This document shows positions 56,830 to 64,000 of a DNA stretch of 64,000 nt, piece by piece; position 1 is the first letter of the stretch; each line of letters starts with the position of its first letter. The notes under the pieces are model-generated. The model was not told where the DNA came from and made no database searches. It saw only the letters and a program-made list of their open reading frames with translations. This stretch comes from Macrostomum lignano (Eukaryota), in NCBI GenBank assembly GCA_002269645.1, contig NIVC01000359.1, positions 62,001-126,000 on the forward strand, written 5' to 3'. A program made the translations under genes and the position numbers.

Positions 56830-57432
56830 CAAGGAGATCTAGGAATTGCAATCTGGAGAGGGAAACCATCAAGGAGATCTAGGAATTGCAATCTGAAGAG
56901 GGGAGACCATCAAGGAGATCTAGAAATTGCAATCTGGAGAGGGAAACCATCAAGGAGATCTAGGAATTGCAATCTGGAGAGGGGAGACCATCAAGGAGAT
57001 CTAGGAATTGCAATCTGAAGAGGGGAGACCATCAAGGAGATCTAGGAATTGCAATCTGGAGAGAGGAAACCATCAAGGAGATCTAGGAATTGCAATCTGG
57101 AGAGGGGAGACCATCAAGGAGATCTAGGAATTGCAATCTGGAGAGGGGAGACCATCAAGGAGATCTAGGAATTGCAATCTGAAGAGGGGAGACCATCAAG
57201 GAGATCTAGGAATTGCAATCTGAAGAGGGGAGACCATCAAGGAGATCTAGGAATTGCAATCTGGAGAGAGGAAAACCATCAAGGAGATCTAGGAATTGCA
57301 ATCTGGAGAGGGGAGACCATCAAGGAGATCTAGGAATTGCAATCTGAAGAGGGGAGACCATCAAGGAGATCTGGAATTGCAATCTGGAGAGGGGAGACCA
57401 TCAAGGAAGATCTAGGAATTGCAATCTGGAGA
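56830..57432. repeat. 41-bp minisatellite (caaggagatctaggaattgcaatctggagaggggagaccat)
   Basis: About 14 copies. Confidence 0.95.
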
Positions 57433-58229
57433 TGGGTGACCTTCAAGGAGATGCCACAAGAAGGTGCCACCTGTTGAAGGTCCAGAAGGTGCTTGACTAA
57501 CAGGGCTCCGGTTGCACAAATCAAAAGCAACCTCACACGATGGTGTCCCTGGGTGCATTAGGTGCCTCTATAGCTAATAGGGCTCTGAGAGACAGGTGTT
57601 ACCTTCTGACTTTAACTAGACCTTTAGCAGGTTGCCTAGACAGCCTCATTGTCTCTCTCAAAGGCCCAGTGTTGGTACCGCACTGATGGTCCTTCATCTT
57701 CTTCAGCTGATAGCCAACCCCCCCAAGTCGCACATTTTTGTCTGACCGTTGAGTTAGTAACCCTATAGAATCCATCTACTTTTTCAGCGACTCATCGAGC
57801 AAGAGACCAGTTTCAGCCCAGCCTCATTGGTTTATGAGTTTGATTAGTCAGTTTCAACTCCGGAAAAAATATCTGGAACTCCATGAATGAAGCGACATTG
57901 CAGAAATTTTTTTGTCAAGATCGTCATCATAGGCTCACGGACTCACCTAAGTTTTCCTAACCATTGATCAAAACCTGGCATTGGGCACGACTTTTGAGCA
58001 ATTTGCGGAAAGTCATGGATAGCCGAAATATTGGGCAATAAAAATTGCCGTAAAACAGTAGCCACTAACTTAATACTAGAATGCGTATAACCTCACTACC
58101 TGCTCCATGGGCTGAGTATCCGTAGTTAGAGTGACGCAACGAGCGAGCTTTTCCAGGCAGGGAGTTTGACGGAGTTACCGGTACAGAGCGATCTCAGTGT
58201 GACCTATTTGGACTGGTCTGTCTTTATAG

Positions 58230-58713
58230 CACAGGGTGACCCACAGGGTGACCCACAGGGTGACCCACAGGGTGACCCACAGGGTGACCCACAGGGTGAC
58301 CCACAGGGTGACCCACAGGGTGACCCACAGGGTGACCCACAGGGTGACCCACAGGGTGACCCACAGGGTGACCCACAGGGTGACCCACAGGGTGACCCAC
58401 AGGGTGACCCACAGGGTGACCCACAGGGTGACCCACAGGGTGACCCACAGGGTGACCCACAGGGTGACCCACAGGGTGACCCACAGGGTGACCCACAGGG
58501 TGACCCACAGGGTGACCCACAGGGTGACCCACAGGGTGACCCACAGGGTGACCCACAGGGTGACCCACAGGGTGACCCACAGGGTGACCCACAGGGTGAC
58601 CCACAGGGTGACCCACAGGGTGACCCACAGGGTGACCCACAGGTGACCCACAGGGTGACCCACAGGGTGACCCACAGGGTGACCCACAGGGTGACCCACA
58701 GGGTGACCCACAG
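58230..58713. repeat. 12-bp minisatellite (ggtgacccacag)
   Basis: About 40 copies, one with a 1-nt deletion near 58642. Confidence 0.97.
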
Positions 58714-59521
58714 AGCGATGAACACTTCGGTTGTGCCAATGAGGATGGCACAATCAAATAATCCAGATACTTCGGAGTGAGTCACCGCTGAGAATGCGAG
58801 AAAGTCACATTGATTTTCTCCAGCCCAGCCAGCCAGCAGGGCCAAGAAAGTGCAATTTTGCTTTTGCCTAAATGAAAATCTAGCAGGCCCAAAGCAGAGT
58901 AGCAAACCCGCTAGTCAGTGCTCATAGCTAAATTCAGCATGCAGCCGCCCAGCCTTGCGTGATGATCCTTTGAGCCAATAACTTTGCTACATTACACACA
59001 CAGCGTCCCTTCTTTGAGCTGCACTGAGTACAGAAGCTCGCTCAAAAAAGCGTTGCGCCTAAGCTGATGGTCAGTTTCTCGCAATATTGATTGCTTGTGC
59101 AATATACCCCGAGGCTTCTCAATAATTTATAGTCCCTGGAAAATGCTGGCCCACCCGTCGCGTCTGTTTGGAAATATTTGCTAGCAAACTGCCAGGAGGA
59201 CGGGGCGAAAATGCATTTCAATCTTGGGGGGGGGGGCGCTCATATGGATTGGGCTGGGCAATCTGCTATGCATGAAAGTTTCCTATTGATGATTTCAGCT
59301 CCACGTTGGCCATGGACTCTTGGCTGGCAGTCTCCAGTGAGAGCAGACCACCTGCTGCTAGCTTTTGCGGTTAGGAATCTACAGTATAGCTATAAAATTG
59401 TGTACTTACCTGGAGTAGGCTTATAGATCTGCCTCACAGTGCACACTTGTGCCTTGTAGCCTTGTATATTGCATATAATAACCTCAAGAAACACTGTCTT
59501 CCCTTAAACTTGTACTCTGTT

Positions 59522-59808
59522 AACCTTGTCCTCATGTCCGCACCTTGTCCTTTACGTAACCTTGTCCCTTACGTAACCTTGTCCTCACGTAACCTTGTCC
59601 TCACGTAACCTCGTCCTCACGTACTCCTTGTCCTCACGTAACCTTGTCCTCACGTAACATGTCTTCTAGTAACCTTGTCCTCACGTAACCTCGTCCTCAC
59701 GTACTCCTTGTCCTCACGTAACCTTGTCCTCACGTAACATGTCTTCTAGTAACCTTGTCCTCACGTAACCTCGTTTTCACGTACTCCTTGTCCTCACGTA
59801 ACCTTGTC
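59522..59808. repeat. 16-bp minisatellite (gtaaccttgtcctcac)
   Basis: Imperfect copies with a higher-order duplication. Confidence 0.9.
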
Positions 59809-62002
59809 ATAATCGTAAATGTAAGCTTCTTCTGACGTGCATGTAACCTTGCCCTCCCGTACACTTGATCCTCCCCGTAACCCCTCCCTAGATTACGGGC
59901 TTGTACCTTCATATTAAACTTGTCTCAAGTAAGCCTGTCTCCTTGCAGACTATCGCGAATAGAGGTAAGTTCCCAATGGATCTGTACAGAAGTACCTCAT
60001 GAGTATTTATTGTGCATTATTTTCAGTGAAACATCTGAGTGACTCATACTACGCAGGCGGGCTACCTGTACTATTTTCTAAATAATTATCCCCAGCATTC
60101 GCTAGTGACTACTTGCAACGTGTCCATAAGTAGTAGCGTGTATTTTTCGATGCGTAATTTCATTCAGCAAATAGATTTTTCGCGCCCAGTTCTCAATCCA
60201 GCGGAAGCCCTGCGAGTACTTGAACCAGCAGGATTAGCAGGACTCGAGTGGCTCTTCAGTGTAGGGAAGGGATTGAAGGGATTCTGTTAATTAATTTTCA
60301 GCATCAACGTTCGACACGAGACTAATGCCTCACAAAAGCATGTCTAAGCGGGAGCAAGGAGAGGATTATTGGCTCGTATTAGCGGCCTAAATATCTGTTT
60401 TGGAACAATATAAGCTGCCCGTATCTGCCCCAACTGATTTTAGGGTTAGAGTTGAAAATAATTTCAAACATGTTTTCCAGCGTCTTTCATTTCAGCGACC
60501 CGGAAAAAATCATTCGAAATTTTACAACACAGAATCCATTTAATATATTGTGACGCGAAACAGTAGCAAAGTTTAGCTAATGCCTTAGTGAATATCATTG
60601 CTACTGTAGTGTGGTGGCTTTATCCGAAGGTGATACTACAGCAATATTCGAAGTATTCTCGAATACTTAACGAACAAGGGCGAACGACGCGCTACCCCGT
60701 TCTGACTCTGACTGGGGGAGCTGACTTGAGAAGCGCAGCCTCTGTGGCGGGCGACAGCTGTATTCTGTGGTTTGTTGTTAACAAACAGCAACTCAACTCA
60801 CCTTTCTGATTCCCATCCGGTTGCATGCTGCCAATCAGCTGACTGCTCTGAGGCTGGAGGATGCAGGAACGGCCAGACGGTCCGACAGCACAGTACTGCT
60901 AATTTTAAGGCAACGTTTTCAATGGCGAGAGCTATTAGGCAGAGATAAACTCCAGTGCAGTTGGCCGACAGAGCGGTCCAGCCAATCGCAGTAGGGGTTT
61001 GCAAGGAAAACCAACTGAGCTGCGGTGGAAAAGCCACAGTCGTTTTTTATCCCTTGATTGTTCGCTTGATCCCCTCCTCTCAGGCTGCTTCTGCCCTCTA
61101 TAGGGCCCCCGGTGCCAGTCCTTCGCCCCCTCTCCCACTGTCTTACCCTGCGCTCTGTCAATCAGCCGCTTTCTCCCCCGAGCCTGTTTACAATTCAACT
61201 AATCTGATCACAATGTGAATCACAGAGAGGGGAAGAGAAGGAAATCCGTCCTTGACATTTCTGCCTCAACCGGGCACAGGGCTCGTACGGTATCCCCATC
61301 GTGTGTCTTTTGCAGGCTTTGCAGGAGAAAGTAATCGGAGTCCGATGCTTGACATTGTCATTGTGTTACCTACAGAAGGTTCGGAATCAAGGCTGAAAAT
61401 GTTCTCGTAAAATCCAATGTTCATGAAAAAACTCGACAGTTAATTTGAGACGCAACTTGATGAATGTCTTAAGATTTTAGTGTACGAGTACTGTAAAGCT
61501 TCGCTGAACTTCTTTAAACCCAGTTTGTAAGCAGTGAATATTGCCAAAATCCAGCCATTATCAAAGCCTGCACTGTACAAAGCGAGTTCCTGCAGGCTGT
61601 GCAAATAGGATAGGGACAATGAAAATGGGGGGGGCAGAGAATGGAGGCGCACACGGAGAGTGGAAAAGCTGCTAGAATGAGAGTGAGCTGATGATAATTG
61701 AGTTCCCGCGCTGACTGGCAGATGCTGTGACAATATGCAGCAGGGTCCGCTACTCGCTCGGCTCCTGGCGAAGTCCGCGGCAATAGAAGGCATTAGGCTG
61801 CTTGATGTACTTTTATTAGCCGGTCACACAATTTCGCCCCCGGCTTAGGAAGAGTAAAATTGAGAGTAATTGAGGTCAAGTTTGGAGCAAGAGGCTTCTA
61901 ACTGTGCTAATCTGTTGAAATTTTCCAAGTCGAAAAGCATGAAATCTTGAAAATGGACAGGAAGCTTATCTCCAGTGTTATTATTGATGTGTATTCAAAA
62001 TG

Positions 62003-62270
62003 TCTGACACCCTGATTTGGCATCTCTGACACCCTGATTTGGCAGCTCTGACACCCTGATTTGGCAGCTCTGACACCCTGATTTGGCATCTCTGACACCC
62101 TGATTTGGCAGCTCTGACACCCTGATTTGGCAGCTGACACCCTGATTTGGCAGCTCTGACACCCTGATTTGGCAGCTCTGACACCCTGATTTGGCAGCTG
62201 ACACCCTGATTTGGCAGCTCTGATACCCTGATTTTGCAGCTCTGACACCCTGATTTGACAGCTCTGACAC
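62003..62270. repeat. 22-bp minisatellite (ctgacaccctgatttggcagct)
   Basis: Direct. Confidence 0.93.
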
Positions 62271-63144
62271 TCTAATCGTAGTTTGTTACAATGAGAATAA
62301 ATATTTCAGTGTTTGAGTTGCCCTGGACCCTACCATCCGGAAGCAACTATCATATCCCAAGGAGCTGCATTGAGGCTGTCTTTTTTTGGACAGCTAATCA
62401 ATGAGATCGGGGCGCGACTGTCTGTCATAATAGAAAAATCAGCGATTGAATCATAAAGGAAGTCTCTCTCGTATGCCCGTATCAGTGGCATCACAGATAT
62501 AGGCTTGATATTCCTGTAGTCGCAGCTGCAAATCGAATTGCTTGAGCCTGCATGCATTGACAGGGGCAGAAGACGGACAGAGTAATGCCGTCAAAAGGCA
62601 AAGCAAAGCCAGGGGCGCACAGACGATGTAGGCGACTTGTGCCTCAAAATATTTGGCTACAGTTCTTACAATTTTGCCACTCTCTTGGCCAGCAGTAGTC
62701 GGGGACTAGTTGAGCGCGGGTGCAAAAATTCATATATTTGCAAAGTGCGCGGAAATGGCAAGAAATTGCCCATAGCCGGAGCGATCGACTAACCTACTAC
62801 AAAGCTGCATAATTAGCTGGCTGTTGGGCAGTGTCCAGCTTACATATTTATATATTGGCCGATCGGGCCTCATTAGCATAGACTGATGCAGCAGGCCCGG
62901 AGGATCGGAGACTACAGCGCTTATTCGATCGATTTTACTTGCTGACCGCGCCAACTTGAGGAGCCATCAAGGCTGTGGTTAGAGATGCCTGAATAAGACG
63001 CCCAAATAACGCCTGCAAATTGCTCTTCAACAGACAGGGTTGTAGAAATGCGATGCCAAGCTTGGCTCAAATAACACTTGGAAATCGAAATCTAGCAGTC
63101 ACAAAGGAAACTACGAGCGTGCTATCCACCTATTTAATCCCTGA

Positions 63145-63320
63145 CGCCAGGGCTACGGCCGGACGCGCCGCTACGTGAATTGCCTGCTGGATGACGCTGG
63201 GGTGATCGGTCAGGCGCACGCTGTTGCTGCCTTCAGAGAGCTCGCGCTGAGGAAACTGATCTGACACCTTTGTGAACTGTACTCTGTTCCCCGGCGGTGT
63301 GCCTTGTTCTTGTTCTTTTT
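63145..63320 (+). mobile_element. Short 3' fragment of an RTE-like non-LTR retrotransposon related to the 17601 element
   Basis: 63145-63264 translates RQGYGRTRRYVNCLLDDAGVIGQAHAVAAFRELALRKLI*, homologous to RRGQARTRRYVDCLLCDAG...; followed by aactgtactctg and a ttgttcttgttc tail. Confidence 0.65.
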
Positions 63321-64000
63321 GTGTTAGCCGTGAATTAAGAGTATACTTATAACTTTGACGAAATCGCATGATTTGAAGCCATCTTTGATATATCCTTCAC
63401 AGCGCAATTCAAGATTAGACCCTATAAACAATAAATAACACGACAGAAAGAAAATGAAGTCTGCTTCGATATGCAGCAAAGACATTGATGGGAAACTGTC
63501 GTTTATCCACTAAGATTTTCTAACCATTGTCTAATTGAATAGATGTAGAAGCGATCTGCTTGCCGACACTTTAAATTCGGCTGTGACGAGTAAAAAATTC
63601 ATCGCACAATCTTAGTCCTAAAGAGGGTCCCAGATCCGTCAACAGCTTTCATTTTGAGCATCAAGTGGCATCAGGAGGCTCGGGTGTCCTACAATTCACC
63701 AAGGCAGCTGATGAGGAACCCATTGGCAAGTCAGCAAGTCAGTCAAAGTGTTCCTTCAGAATGGTATAAATGCTTCCGAATCCAAATCGTACCAACATCC
63801 TGACAAATCTCCTGGTAGTCCTGAATTCAGTGCAGATTTTTTAAGGCGTCACTGCATCTCATGGCCTCCCGGATCTGTGCTCATCCTGCAGCGATGTCTA
63901 GCAACCTAGACCAAACTCAGCGAGCAAGTTTTAACAGTGACGCAGCAAGGACCTTGACGAACAAGACAGCTCCTGTCCTGGAACTGTTTCCCTTGTCGTC

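Noticed and set aside
58166-58905. GDPQ/VTHR/GSPC repeat ORFs with a nearby acceptor-like and GTGAGT donor-like site
   Set aside because: The 12-bp satellite is open in many frames, has an internal frameshift and shows no recognisable homology.

Overview
Eukaryotic (animal) genomic DNA with GT-AG spliceosomal introns. The GC-rich exons and minisatellite-stuffed introns resemble a free-living flatworm such as Macrostomum, which is an inference only. Four protein-coding genes were reconstructed by hand with in-phase splice junctions. BBS1 is on the minus strand with 3 exons visible and its 3' end off the left edge. The V-ATPase c'' proteolipid ATP6V0B/VMA16 is on the minus strand with 3 exons (209 aa). 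An NCX/SLC8 Na+/Ca2+ exchanger is on the plus strand, interrupted by a 273-N gap, lacking its middle exons and carrying a 1-nt frameshift in the last exon. A stomatin/MEC-2-like gene is on the minus strand with 8 exons (363 aa). The rest is about 25 distinct micro/minisatellite arrays, several MITE/foldback elements, two 3' fragments of one RTE-like non-LTR retrotransposon family and two copies of a tRNA-derived SINE. The most unusual item is a ~300-bp TIR element carrying a 28S rRNA fragment in which the R2/I-PpoI target site is specifically scrambled. No CRISPR array, intact rRNA gene or tRNA gene was found. Most long ORFs in the track are translations of tandem repeats.
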